NCBI GenBank assembly: GCA_963717935.1 | Contig: CAVQXP010000004.1 | Coordinates: forward strand, 608,001-672,000 | Source of the DNA: Candidatus Eiseniibacteriota bacterium | GTDB lineage: Bacteria > Eisenbacteria > RBG-16-71-46 | DNA: 64,000 nucleotides | Direction: 5' to 3' | In this document: positions 36,431-45,212 of the stretch, one piece after another | Layout: the number at the start of each line of letters is the position of its first letter | How positions within the stretch are numbered: the first letter of the stretch is position 1 | Translations under genes and position numbers: made by a program | Notes under the pieces: generated by a model | Told to the model about the DNA's origin: nothing | The model's input: only the letters and a program-made list of their open reading frames with translations | Database searches by the model: none

Positions 36431-37888
36431 ATGCTCGACCTCGACGACACCATCGCCGCCATCGCCACGGCCACCGGGGCCGCTGGCCTCGCGGTGGTGC
36501 GCGTGAGCGGTTCCTCCGCGCTCACCATCGCGGACGCGGTGTTCGAGGGCGCGCGGTTGTCGGAGGCGCCCTGCCACACGCTCCACCATGGCTGGGCCGC
36601 GTGGCCGGAGGCCGCGCAGGGATCCCGGGCGGACGGCCACCCGGTCGCGGGCCGCCCGGCATCCGCCGCTCCGGCCGGGCCGGCACGGGCGCCCCGTGCC
36701 CGGCTCGACGAGGTGGTCGCCGCCGTGTTCCGCGCTCCGCGCTCGTACACGCGCCAGGATGTGGTCGAGCTTTCCTGCCACGGCGGAGCGCTCTCCGCCG
36801 GGCGCGTGCTTGCGGCGTTGCTTGCGGCCGGGGCGCGTCCGGCGCGTCCCGGCGAGTTCACGTTGCGCGCCTTCCTCAACGGACGGCTCGATCTGACCCA
36901 GGCCGAGGCGGTGGCCGACCTCATCCACGCCGAGACGGAAGGGGCGCACGCGCTGGCGCTGGCGCAGTTGCGCGGCGAGCTCTCGCGGCAGCTCGCCACG
37001 ATCGCCGAGGCCCTGCGCGACGCCGTGACCGAGGTCGAGGCGCGCGTGGACTTCGCCGAGGACGTGGGGGGCGTCGAGGTGCCCGGGCACGTCCTCGACC
37101 GGATCATCGGGGCCGGGTCCGCGCTCACCGCGCTCCTCGAGGGCGCGGCCTACGGACGCGCGCTGCGCGAGGGCGTGCGGGTCGCCCTGGTCGGGCGGCC
37201 CAACGTGGGCAAGTCGTCGCTCTTCAACGCGCTCGTGGACGAGCGGCGCGCGATCGTGACCCCGGTTCCGGGGACGACGCGCGACCTGGTGAGCGAGGCG
37301 ATCGAGGTGGCCGGCGTGCGCGTGACGCTCGCCGATACGGCGGGCCTGCGCGAAGGCGGCGACGAGGCCGAGAGCGAAGGCGTGGCCCGCGCGCGCGCGG
37401 CGCTCGAGGAGAGCGCGGTCGTGCTGTGGGTCGTGGACGCCTCGGCGCCGCTGGACGCGGAGGACCTGCGAATCGCCGCGCGGCTCGCGGACCGCCGTGT
37501 GATCCTCGCGCTGAACAAGTGCGACCTGCCGGGCGTCGTGGAGGTCCGCGCGATCGAGGCGTCGCTCGGCGCCGGGCCCTTTGCGACGGTCACGACCTCC
37601 GCGACCCGGGGCGACGGGATCGCGGAGCTGAAATCGGCGCTGGGACGGCTGTTCGCGGGAGCGGGCGGGTTCGCAGGCGTGGTCGCCAACCCCCGCCACG
37701 CAGAGGCCCTCGGGCGTGCGCGGGAGGCCCTCGGGCGCGCGCGTGCGGTGGCCGTGGATGGCGCGCCCGGGGAGATCGTGTCGCTCGAGTTGCACGAGGC
37801 ACTCCAGGCCATCGGCGAGGTGACGGGCGAGGCGGTGGACGAGGATCTGCTCGAGCGCATCTTCAGCCGCTTCTGCATCGGCAAATGA
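36431..37888 (+). CDS. mnmE: tRNA modification GTPase
   Basis: DTIAAIAT, CHGG, GRPNVGKSS, GTTRD, DTAG, NKCD, FCIGK. Confidence 0.97.
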   Translation: MLDLDDTIAAIATATGAAGLAVVRVSGSSALTIADAVFEGARLSEAPCHTLHHGWAAWPEAAQGSRADGHPVAGRPASAAPAGPARAPRARLDEVVAAVFRAPRSYTRQDVVELSCHGGALSAGRVLAALLAAGARPARPGEFTLRAFLNGRLDLTQAEAVADLIHAETEGAHALALAQLRGELSRQLATIAEALRDAVTEVEARVDFAEDVGGVEVPGHVLDRIIGAGSALTALLEGAAYGRALREGVRVALVGRPNVGKSSLFNALVDERRAIVTPVPGTTRDLVSEAIEVAGVRVTLADTAGLREGGDEAESEGVARARAALEESAVVLWVVDASAPLDAEDLRIAARLADRRVILALNKCDLPGVVEVRAIEASLGAGPFATVTTSATRGDGIAELKSALGRLFAGAGGFAGVVANPRHAEALGRAREALGRARAVAVDGAPGEIVSLELHEALQAIGEVTGEAVDEDLLERIFSRFCIGK

Positions 37889-39867
37889 GCGCGTTCGACG
37901 TGGTGGTGGTGGGCGCGGGACACGCCGGCTGCGAGGCGGCCGCGGTGTGTGCGCGACTCGGGCTGCGCACCGCGCTCGTGAGCGCGGACCCCGGTGGCAC
38001 CGCGCGCATGTCGTGCAATCCGGCCATCGGTGGCATCGCCAAGGGGCACATGGTCCGGGAGTTGGACGCGCTCGGCGGCCTGATGGGGCTCGCGACGGAC
38101 CGCGCGGGCATCCAGTTCCGGATGCTCAACCGCGGCCGCGGCCCGGCCGTCTGGTCGCCGCGCGCACAGTGCGACAAGGCCCGCTACACGCTCGAGATGG
38201 CACGGTTGCTCGAGGGCGTCGTCGGGCTCGAGCGCGTGACCGGCGTGGTGGAGCGCGTGCTGCTCGAGCGCGGCGCGGTCGCGGCAGTGGAGCTCGCCGG
38301 CGGGCGGCGGTTGCGGTGCCGGGCGGCCGTCGTCACGCCCGGCACGTTCCTCGACGCGCTCATCCACATCGGTCCGCGCAAGTCCGAAGGCGGGCGCCTC
38401 GGGGAGCACGCTTCACGGGCGCTGAGCGAGAGTCTCGCCGCGCTCGGGCTCGAGCGCGGGCGCCTCAAGACCGGCACGCCGCCGCGCCTCCACCGCGACT
38501 CGATCGACTGGGATGCGCTGAAGCCGCAGCACGGCGACGAGCCGCCCGTGCCGTTCTCGCACTGGACGGAGACTCTCGAGGTCGAGCAGGTCCCGTGCTG
38601 GCTCACCCGCACCAACGCCCGCACGCACGAGGTCATCCGCGCCAACCTGCGACACTCGCCGCTCTTCTCGGGCGAGATCCGCGGACGTGGGCCGCGGTAC
38701 TGCCCGTCGATCGAGGACAAGGTGGTGCGGTTCCCGGGGAACGCGTCCCACCAGATCTTCCTCGAGCCCGAGGGGCGGGACGTGCCCGAGATCTACGTGA
38801 ACGGGATGTCCTCGAGCATGCCCGAGGAGGTGCAGCTCGAGTTCGTGCGCAGCGTGCGCGGGCTCGAGCGGGCGGTGATGCTGCGCCCTGGCTACGCCGT
38901 CGAATACGATTTCGTGCTGCCGCACCAGCTCGCGCCGACGCTCGAGGTGAAGCGCGTGCCAGGCCTGTTCCTGGCGGGACAGATCTGCGGCACCTCGGGC
39001 TACGAGGAGGCCGCGGTGCAGGGCCTCGCGGCGGGAGTGAACGCCGCGCACCGGCTGCTGGGGCGCGAGCCCTTCGTGCTGCGGCGCGATCAGGCCTACG
39101 CGGGCGTTCTCGTGGACGACCTCGTCACGCGCGAGCACTTCGAGCCGTATCGCATGTTCACCTCGGCCGCCGAGCACCGGCTATTGCTCCGCGCCGACAA
39201 CGCCGACGAGAGACTCGCCGCGATCGGCCACGGGCTCGGTCTGCTGACGGACGGCCAGGTGGCGCGCGTGCGCGCGAAGTACGACGCGATCGAGGCGGAG
39301 GAGCGCCGGCTGGCGCGCGTGACGGTCCGGGTCGCGGCGTGCGAGGTCGCCGCCGCCGCGTTCGGGGCACCGGTGGACGACGCGGAGGAGATGACGCGCG
39401 CGGCCGGCGCCGTGGCCACGGCGTGCGATGGCGCGACGCGCGCGCCGGTGGAGGCGGCTTCCGCGGCGGTGCGGTCGACCGCGCCGGGTCCTTCCATGCG
39501 CGGTCCGGTCAGTGCCCTCGAGTCCCTTGCGCGTCCCGGGGCCACGTATCAGGGGCTGCGATCGCTCGGCGTGGCCACGGACCTGCCCGCGACGTGGGGC
39601 GAGTGCCTTGAAGTGCGTGTGCGCTACCGCGGCTATATCGAACGCCAGCGTCGCGTCGCGGCCCAATCGGCGCGGTTGGAACACCTGGAGTTGCCCACGG
39701 CGCTGTGGGCCGGAGAACTGAACGGTCTCTCCCGCGAAGCCCGCGAGAAGCTCGCGCACCGGCAGCCCGCGACGGTCGGGCAGGCCGCGCGCATCGCGGG
39801 CGTGTCGCCCGCGGATGTCGCCGTGCTTCTGGTGCACGCGCGCCGGCTCAGGAGCCCGTCCGAGTAG
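37885..39867 (+). CDS. mnmG: tRNA uridine 5-carboxymethylaminomethyl modification enzyme
   Basis: GAGHAG.EAA, MSCNPAIGG, KTGTPPR, YCPSIEDK, GYEEAA.QG. Confidence 0.97.
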   Translation: MSAFDVVVVGAGHAGCEAAAVCARLGLRTALVSADPGGTARMSCNPAIGGIAKGHMVRELDALGGLMGLATDRAGIQFRMLNRGRGPAVWSPRAQCDKARYTLEMARLLEGVVGLERVTGVVERVLLERGAVAAVELAGGRRLRCRAAVVTPGTFLDALIHIGPRKSEGGRLGEHASRALSESLAALGLERGRLKTGTPPRLHRDSIDWDALKPQHGDEPPVPFSHWTETLEVEQVPCWLTRTNARTHEVIRANLRHSPLFSGEIRGRGPRYCPSIEDKVVRFPGNASHQIFLEPEGRDVPEIYVNGMSSSMPEEVQLEFVRSVRGLERAVMLRPGYAVEYDFVLPHQLAPTLEVKRVPGLFLAGQICGTSGYEEAAVQGLAAGVNAAHRLLGREPFVLRRDQAYAGVLVDDLVTREHFEPYRMFTSAAEHRLLLRADNADERLAAIGHGLGLLTDGQVARVRAKYDAIEAEERRLARVTVRVAACEVAAAAFGAPVDDAEEMTRAAGAVATACDGATRAPVEAASAAVRSTAPGPSMRGPVSALESLARPGATYQGLRSLGVATDLPATWGECLEVRVRYRGYIERQRRVAAQSARLEHLELPTALWAGELNGLSREAREKLAHRQPATVGQAARIAGVSPADVAVLLVHARRLRSPSE

Positions 39868-39895
39868 TCCGAAAGCGCGGCGGGGGAATCAGTCC

Positions 39896-40098
39896 CGGCG
39901 TGGGCGCCGGTCGCGGTGCGCGGCGCGGCGAGAGACCCAGGCGTGGCGCGCCGTCCGGCGCGAGCGCCGGGCGTGGTGCGCGGTCCGGCGCGAGACCTAG
40001 GCGTGGCGCGCGGTCCGGCGCAAGCGCCGGGCGTGGCGCGCGGTCCAGCGCGGGACCCAGGCGTGGTGCGCGGTCCGGCGCGAGCGCCGGGCGTGGCA
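39896..40098. repeat. About 7 x 30-nt tandem repeat (alternating A/B units) between mnmG and rsmG
   Basis: Units CGGCGCGAGCGCCGGGCGTGGYGCGCGGTC and CGGCGCGAGACCYAGGCGTGGYGCGCGGTC. Confidence 0.85.
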
Positions 40099-40215
40099 CT
40101 GGGCGAGCAGAGGCACCATGCGCTCGCCCAGTGCCACCCCCGACGCCCGCTACTTCAACGCCTGCATTCGTCGTTACGGTGTCGGGTGGCCCGGCGCGTG
40201 CTAGAGTGCGCGGTC

Positions 40216-41466
40216 ATGAGAGAGCGCCGTCCGAGAGCCAGGCCGTCGAAGGGAACCCGTCGTCCTGCAAGGGGCGCTGCCGCCACCGGTGAACGCCGTG
40301 CCCGTCCGGGCGCAGGCAAGCCGCTCCGCGCGGGCGAGCGCCCGGCGCGTCCGGGCGCGGGCAAGCCGTTTCGCGCGGGCGAGCGTCCCGCACGTCCGGG
40401 CGCGGGCAAGCCGTTCCGCGCGGGCGAGCGTCCCGCGCGTCCGGGCGCGGGCAAGCCGTTTCGCGCGGGCAAGCGTCCCGCACGTCCGGGCGCGGGCAAG
40501 CCGTTTCGCGCAGGCGAGCGTCCCGCGCGTCCGGGCGCGGGCAAGCCGTTCCGCGCAGGCGAGCGCCCGGCGCGTCCGGGCGCGGGGAAACCGTTCCGCG
40601 CGGGCAAGCGCCCGGCGCGAAGGGGATCTGCCTCTCGCGAGACCTTCGGCGCACGACCGGAAGGCGGTTCCTGGGCCCCCGAATTGCGCTCTTCACGCAG
40701 CCGGAACCGGACCGGGGCTAAATCAAGGAACACCAAGAATGAAAATGGATTAAGACGTTCGGCTCCGGCCGGGCCCGTCAGGCGCGAGCCGTCGCGGGAC
40801 ATCGGGAAGTTGCTCGACCGCCAGCCCTGGGACTCGCTCACGCCGCACCTGCTGCGTGCGGGGACGGACATCGTCGAGGTATTGCCGCGCATCAGGCGGT
40901 TCGCCGAGCTCCTGCTGGAATGGAATCGTGGCTTCTCGAACCTGATCTCCACCAGCGACGAGACCCGGCTGGTGCAGCGACACATCCTTGAATCGCTCCA
41001 GCCGGCCCACTGGATCAAGTCCAGTGGCGCCCGGCGCTGGCTGGACTTCGGTTCTGGCGGCGGCCTCCCGGCGCTTCCCCTGGCGCTCGCCGGGATCGGG
41101 GAGAGCTGGACCCTGGTCGAGTCACGAAGGAACAAGACGTTATTCCTGCGTAAGGTAATTCAGGAGTTTGGGTTGAAGAACATAGAAGTGGAGCTGGCGA
41201 GGCTCGAGTCGCTCTCTGAAGAAGCGGACCGCCTTGGCAAGTTCGACGGCTTCACGTCGCGTGCGACGTTGCGGCTCGGACCGACGCTGGCACTTGCAGC
41301 AGATTGGGTTACACCGGGTGGCCTTGCATACCTCTGGAAGGGCAGCCGGAGGGAGCAGGAGATGGCCGAGGACCGCCGGTGGAAGGACTCCTGGGATCAG
41401 GACGGCTTGTTCGACATTGATTCCGGTCAGACTGTCGTGGCGAGATTCGTCAGAAAGACAAATTGA
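40216..41466 (+). CDS. rsmG: 16S rRNA m7G527 methyltransferase with long basic N-terminal extension
   Basis: WN...NL.S, H..ES, LDFGSGGGLP, ES..K..FL, SRA, KG in the C-terminal half; synteny; TG-C-TAGAGT just upstream of ATG 40216. Confidence 0.88.
   Translation: MRERRPRARPSKGTRRPARGAAATGERRARPGAGKPLRAGERPARPGAGKPFRAGERPARPGAGKPFRAGERPARPGAGKPFRAGKRPARPGAGKPFRAGERPARPGAGKPFRAGERPARPGAGKPFRAGKRPARRGSASRETFGARPEGGSWAPELRSSRSRNRTGAKSRNTKNENGLRRSAPAGPVRREPSRDIGKLLDRQPWDSLTPHLLRAGTDIVEVLPRIRRFAELLLEWNRGFSNLISTSDETRLVQRHILESLQPAHWIKSSGARRWLDFGSGGGLPALPLALAGIGESWTLVESRRNKTLFLRKVIQEFGLKNIEVELARLESLSEEADRLGKFDGFTSRATLRLGPTLALAADWVTPGGLAYLWKGSRREQEMAEDRRWKDSWDQDGLFDIDSGQTVVARFVRKTN
40294..40608 (+). 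repeat. 7 x 45-nt coding tandem repeat (RPARPGAGKPFRAGE/K)
   Basis: Counted in the translation, in frame with rsmG. Confidence 0.93.
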
Positions 41467-41486
41467 TGCGTTGATTCGTCACGCCG

Positions 41487-41502
41487 GGTTTCACGTGGAA
41501 CA
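41487..41502. promoter_or_regulatory. parS site upstream of parA
   Basis: GGTTTCACGTGGAACA versus consensus TGTTTCACGTGAAACA. Confidence 0.9.
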
Positions 41503-41603
41503 ATCCTCTTGTTCCGCTCAGCTCCGCGCTGTTATCTTGCCCCCACACCTCCCCCGTTGACCTCAGCCAGGTGGGCAAGGAATCGGCCCCCGCACGTAAG
41601 GAA

Positions 41604-42365
41604 ATGGGACGAATAATCTCAGTTGCCAGCCAGAAGGGCGGCGTTGGCAAGACCACTACTGCGATCAATCTGGGCGCGTGCCTGGCGCAGGAGAGCCGGC
41701 GCGTGCTCATCGTTGATGTGGACCCGCAGGCGAACGCGACGAGCGGGCTCGGGATCAACGGCAATGACCACAAGACCACGATCTATGAGGTCCTCATCGG
41801 CCATGCGGAACTGGCCGAGGCAGTCCTCCCGACGGCGCTGGCGAACCTCGATGTGGTTGTTTCCGGGCAGCGGCTGTCCGGCGCCGAGGTCGAGCTCGTC
41901 GGGGTGATGGCGCGCGAGACCAGGCTCAAGCAGGCCGTTTCCAAGGTGCGCGACCAATACGACTACATCCTGGTGGACAGCCCGCCTTCGCTCGGGTTGC
42001 TCACCGTGAACGCGCTCACGGCCTCTGACTCGGTGCTGATACCCTTGCAGTGCGAGTACCTCGCGCTCGAGGGGTTGACGCAGTTGATTGGTGCCATCCG
42101 ATTGGTTCAGGACCACCTGAATCCTGGCCTCAGAATCGAGGGCGTCCTGTTGACCATGTACGACTCGCGGCTCAACCTTTCGCAGCAGGTCGCGGATGAA
42201 GCGCGGAAATTCTTTGCCGACCGCGTCTACCGCACGGTGATCCCCAGGAACGTGCGGCTGAGCGAGGCGCCCTCCTTCGGGAAGCCCATAGTCCTGTACG
42301 ATCCTCACAGCACAGGCGCCGAGAGTTACCGAGACCTGGCGCGGGAGGTCCTTGACCATGCATAA
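41604..42365 (+). CDS. parA: Chromosome partitioning ATPase ParA/Soj
   Basis: KGGVGKTT, D.DPQ.NAT, D.PPSLG, PRNVRL.EAPS.G; AAGGA RBS. Confidence 0.97.
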   Translation: MGRIISVASQKGGVGKTTTAINLGACLAQESRRVLIVDVDPQANATSGLGINGNDHKTTIYEVLIGHAELAEAVLPTALANLDVVVSGQRLSGAEVELVGVMARETRLKQAVSKVRDQYDYILVDSPPSLGLLTVNALTASDSVLIPLQCEYLALEGLTQLIGAIRLVQDHLNPGLRIEGVLLTMYDSRLNLSQQVADEARKFFADRVYRTVIPRNVRLSEAPSFGKPIVLYDPHSTGAESYRDLAREVLDHA

Positions 42366-43221
42366 GAAGGTACTGGGGCGGGGGCTTGAAGCGTTGATAC
42401 CGATTTCCGGCACCGCAACGGCCACGCCCGAGGCTCCCCGGGGCGGAACGTCTGAGTTGCCGGTCGATGAGATCGTCGCGAACCCCTACCAGCCGCGCAC
42501 TCGTTTCGATGAAGAGGCCATCCAGGAATTGGCGGCTTCCATCAGGGCTACGGGCGTTCTCCAGCCCGTCCTCGTCCGCCACACCCCCGGCGCCAGCGGC
42601 TACCAGCTGGTGGCCGGAGAGCGTCGCCTTAGAGCTGCCATTGTTGCTGGCCTCAAGAAGATACCGGTAATCATCAAGGACGTGCAGGACCGGGAGATGA
42701 TGGAGTTGTCCCTGGTCGAGAACATCCAACGCGAGAACCTGAACCCGATGGAGGAGGCGAAGGCCTACCAGACCCTGGTCAAGGAGCTAGGACTGACCCA
42801 CGACCAGGTGTCCGAACGCGTTGGCAAACAGAGGGTCTCGATCACCAACGCGCTGCGGCTCCTCGGCCTTCCGGACGAGGTCCAGGAGATGGTTTCACGT
42901 GAAACACTGAGTGCCGGACATGCACGGGCCCTGCTCGCGATTGACAAGTCCGCGGACCAACTGGCTGCGGCGCGCTACGTCCAGAGCAGGGGATTCTCGG
43001 TGCGACGCACCGAGGCCTTCGTGCGGCGCAAGCTGCGCCGGCTGCACTCGCGGCCTCGCCCGCCGAAGCTCAGCGGGCTGCGGGAGTGGGAGGTCCGGCT
43101 CCAGCAGAAGTTCGCCACACACGTGGCGATCACGCCTGGCCGCAAGGGCGGCAAGGTCGAGTTCGAGTACTACGGGCAGGAGGATCTGGAGCGTCTCTTC
43201 GAAGCCTGGGGAGTTCTCTAG
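42358..43221 (+). CDS. parB: Chromosome partitioning protein ParB
   Basis: LGRGL.AL, NP.QPR, GERR.RA, EN.QRE.L, HTH, GHARAL. Confidence 0.97.
   Translation: MHKKVLGRGLEALIPISGTATATPEAPRGGTSELPVDEIVANPYQPRTRFDEEAIQELAASIRATGVLQPVLVRHTPGASGYQLVAGERRLRAAIVAGLKKIPVIIKDVQDREMMELSLVENIQRENLNPMEEAKAYQTLVKELGLTHDQVSERVGKQRVSITNALRLLGLPDEVQEMVSRETLSAGHARALLAIDKSADQLAAARYVQSRGFSVRRTEAFVRRKLRRLHSRPRPPKLSGLREWEVRLQQKFATHVAITPGRKGGKVEFEYYGQEDLERLFEAWGVL
42891..42906. promoter_or_regulatory. parS site inside parB
   Basis: GGTTTCACGTGAAACA (15/16 consensus), read as VSRET. Confidence 0.92.
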
Positions 43222-43291
43222 CCGAAGCTCGTCTGGCCGTGGACGGCGGCCACGGCCGCACAGATCGGCCGCATCGCGAGGAGAGAACACG

Positions 43292-43696
43292 ATGTTCCGT
43301 TCGCGCGCACCCGAGGTTGAGGAAGTTCCTGTGCCCAGCGCGCTGATCGGCGTTGGATCGAGTTTCCACGGCACCCTGATGGTTCACGGCACGCTTCGCA
43401 TCGACGGAGAATTCGAGGGGGACATCCTCGACTGCGACCGGCTCGAGATCGGCGAGCATGGTTTGATGCGGGCGGACGTCGAGGTGAAGGAGGCGGTGAT
43501 CCGCGGGCGCGTCCAGGGCAATGTCCGGGCGCTTGGCTCACTCGAGATGAAGCAGGGCGCCCACATCGAGGGCGACGTGGCGGCCGTGAACGTGGTGATC
43601 GAGACCGGCGTCTATTTCACGGGGCGCTGCACGATGCTGGACACGGGGACCGAGGGTGTCCAGATTCAGACGGAGAACACCCGCGCGCGTGGCTGA
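43292..43696 (+). CDS. Bactofilin (polymer-forming cytoskeletal protein)
   Basis: IG.G..F.G.L...G.LRIDG.F.G.I, G.V.GNV, GA.I.GDV, IE.G..F.G.C.M; GAGGAG RBS. Confidence 0.93.
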   Translation: MFRSRAPEVEEVPVPSALIGVGSSFHGTLMVHGTLRIDGEFEGDILDCDRLEIGEHGLMRADVEVKEAVIRGRVQGNVRALGSLEMKQGAHIEGDVAAVNVVIETGVYFTGRCTMLDTGTEGVQIQTENTRARG

Positions 43697-43802
43697 CCTC
43701 CTGCGTGTGGCACCGTGCCCACGGCCGCGATGGGGGGCGCCCATGCGATTCCCACGGCTCCTGCCCCCGGGATCGGCGCCCGGCTCGGACTCAAACGAGA
43801 TC

Positions 43803-45212
43803 ATGCGGCCGAGCGTCCCGCTCCTGGCGAGTCTTGCCGTCCGGCTGTCAGTGTGTCTCGTTGTGGCCTCTGTTACCTGTTGTCTTGCATGTGATTACAG
43901 TATTTCGGCCGGCCCTGATTTGGCCTCGCTCTGGATCCGCGCCCAGGTGGGTTCGTCCGAGTGTGCCACTGCCGTCCCGGACACCGCGGACATCGCGCCC
44001 CGGCCGGTGTCGCTTGCCTCGCTGCCGTGGCCGGACGGCACGCAGGTACTCCGCTTCGAGGACCTCGAAGGCGCAATCCTCGTGCGCGCGAGGCTTGTCT
44101 CGGCGTCCGGCCGTGACACGAGCGGGGTCCTTATCCTCGACACGGGCGCCGGTTTCCTCGCCCTCGACCTCGACCTCGCCCGCCTGTTCGGCGTTGCGGA
44201 CTACGCCTCGGGGGCCGCCGCGGTGGACCTGGCCGCTCGGCCGCTCGCCCGTCTCGAGCTGGGTGGGCTGCAGGTGGACCAGGTCTGGCCCGTGCTCACG
44301 GTGGACGCGGGCGTGATCCGGCGGGTCACCGGCCGGCCCGTCCTGGGGTTGCTCGGGCACGCGCTGTTCCGGGACCGGGTGGTCATGCTCGACTACCTCG
44401 AGGGCATCCTGGTCCTGCTGCCACCCGAGACGGGTCCGGGCTCGCCCTTCAGGGCCGTGGGTCTGGCCCTGGCGCCCGGGGCGGTGCCTGTCCCCTTCCG
44501 GCTGGCTGGCGACGGAAAGGTGCTCGTGAGGGCCCGGGTCTCGGGACGGCGCGGGCCGTCCGCGGAGGAGCTCACCCTGATCGTGGACACGGGGGCGACG
44601 AAGTGCGTGTTCTTCCGGGAGGCGCTCGACCGGCGCCTCCCGGGCTGGGGATCCTGGCCGGCGCTTCGAGGGCTCGGGGCCCCGACGCTCACCGGGGACG
44701 CGAGCGCCGAGCTGGTGCGTGTCCCCGGGATCGAGTTCCGCGCGCCCGGGGCGTCCGTCGCCCGGGGTGGCGTGGACGCGGCCGTGCTCCAGGGGGACCT
44801 GGGCAGGGCGCTCGCTCGAGCCGCCGGCGAGCCGGTGGAGGGTCTGCTCGGCTACTCGTTCCTGAAGCACTACCGGATCGCCCTGGACTACCCACGCCGT
44901 CTGCTCTGGCTCGACGGTTCCCGGGGCGACGTCGCGGACCGTCTCGAGGAGTATTCCCACCCCGGACTTCAGCTCGAGAGCGTGGGTGGAGAGGTCCGGA
45001 TCTTCGCGGTCGCGGAGGGGTCCCCGGCGGCGCACGCGGGGATCCTGGCGGGCGACGTGCTGGTGGCGATCGACGGCGAATCCGTCACGGACCTCGACGT
45101 CGTGGCGGTCGCGCGGAAGCTCGAGGGTGCGCCCGGAACCGCGCTCTTGCTGGGGCTGCGACGTGGTCCACGAGAGTGGACCTGTCGCGTGGTCCGCAAG
45201 CTGCTGCTCTAG
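43803..45212 (+). CDS. Two-domain retropepsin-like aspartic protease with C-terminal PDZ; start uncertain
   Basis: ILDTGA and IVDTGA, GLLG twice, PDZ GSPA..AGI..GD....IDG. Confidence 0.88.
   Translation: MRPSVPLLASLAVRLSVCLVVASVTCCLACDYSISAGPDLASLWIRAQVGSSECATAVPDTADIAPRPVSLASLPWPDGTQVLRFEDLEGAILVRARLVSASGRDTSGVLILDTGAGFLALDLDLARLFGVADYASGAAAVDLAARPLARLELGGLQVDQVWPVLTVDAGVIRRVTGRPVLGLLGHALFRDRVVMLDYLEGILVLLPPETGPGSPFRAVGLALAPGAVPVPFRLAGDGKVLVRARVSGRRGPSAEELTLIVDTGATKCVFFREALDRRLPGWGSWPALRGLGAPTLTGDASAELVRVPGIEFRAPGASVARGGVDAAVLQGDLGRALARAAGEPVEGLLGYSFLKHYRIALDYPRRLLWLDGSRGDVADRLEEYSHPGLQLESVGGEVRIFAVAEGSPAAHAGILAGDVLVAIDGESVTDLDVVAVARKLEGAPGTALLLGLRRGPREWTCRVVRKLLL

Noticed and set aside
36601..37884. 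1088-aa N-terminally extended MnmG
   Set aside because: The upstream part overlaps mnmE in another frame; the true start is ATG 37885, coupled to the mnmE stop.
35137..40608. Repeat arrays as CRISPR
   Set aside because: Units are contiguous with no unique spacers, have lengths in multiples of 3, and no cas genes are present.
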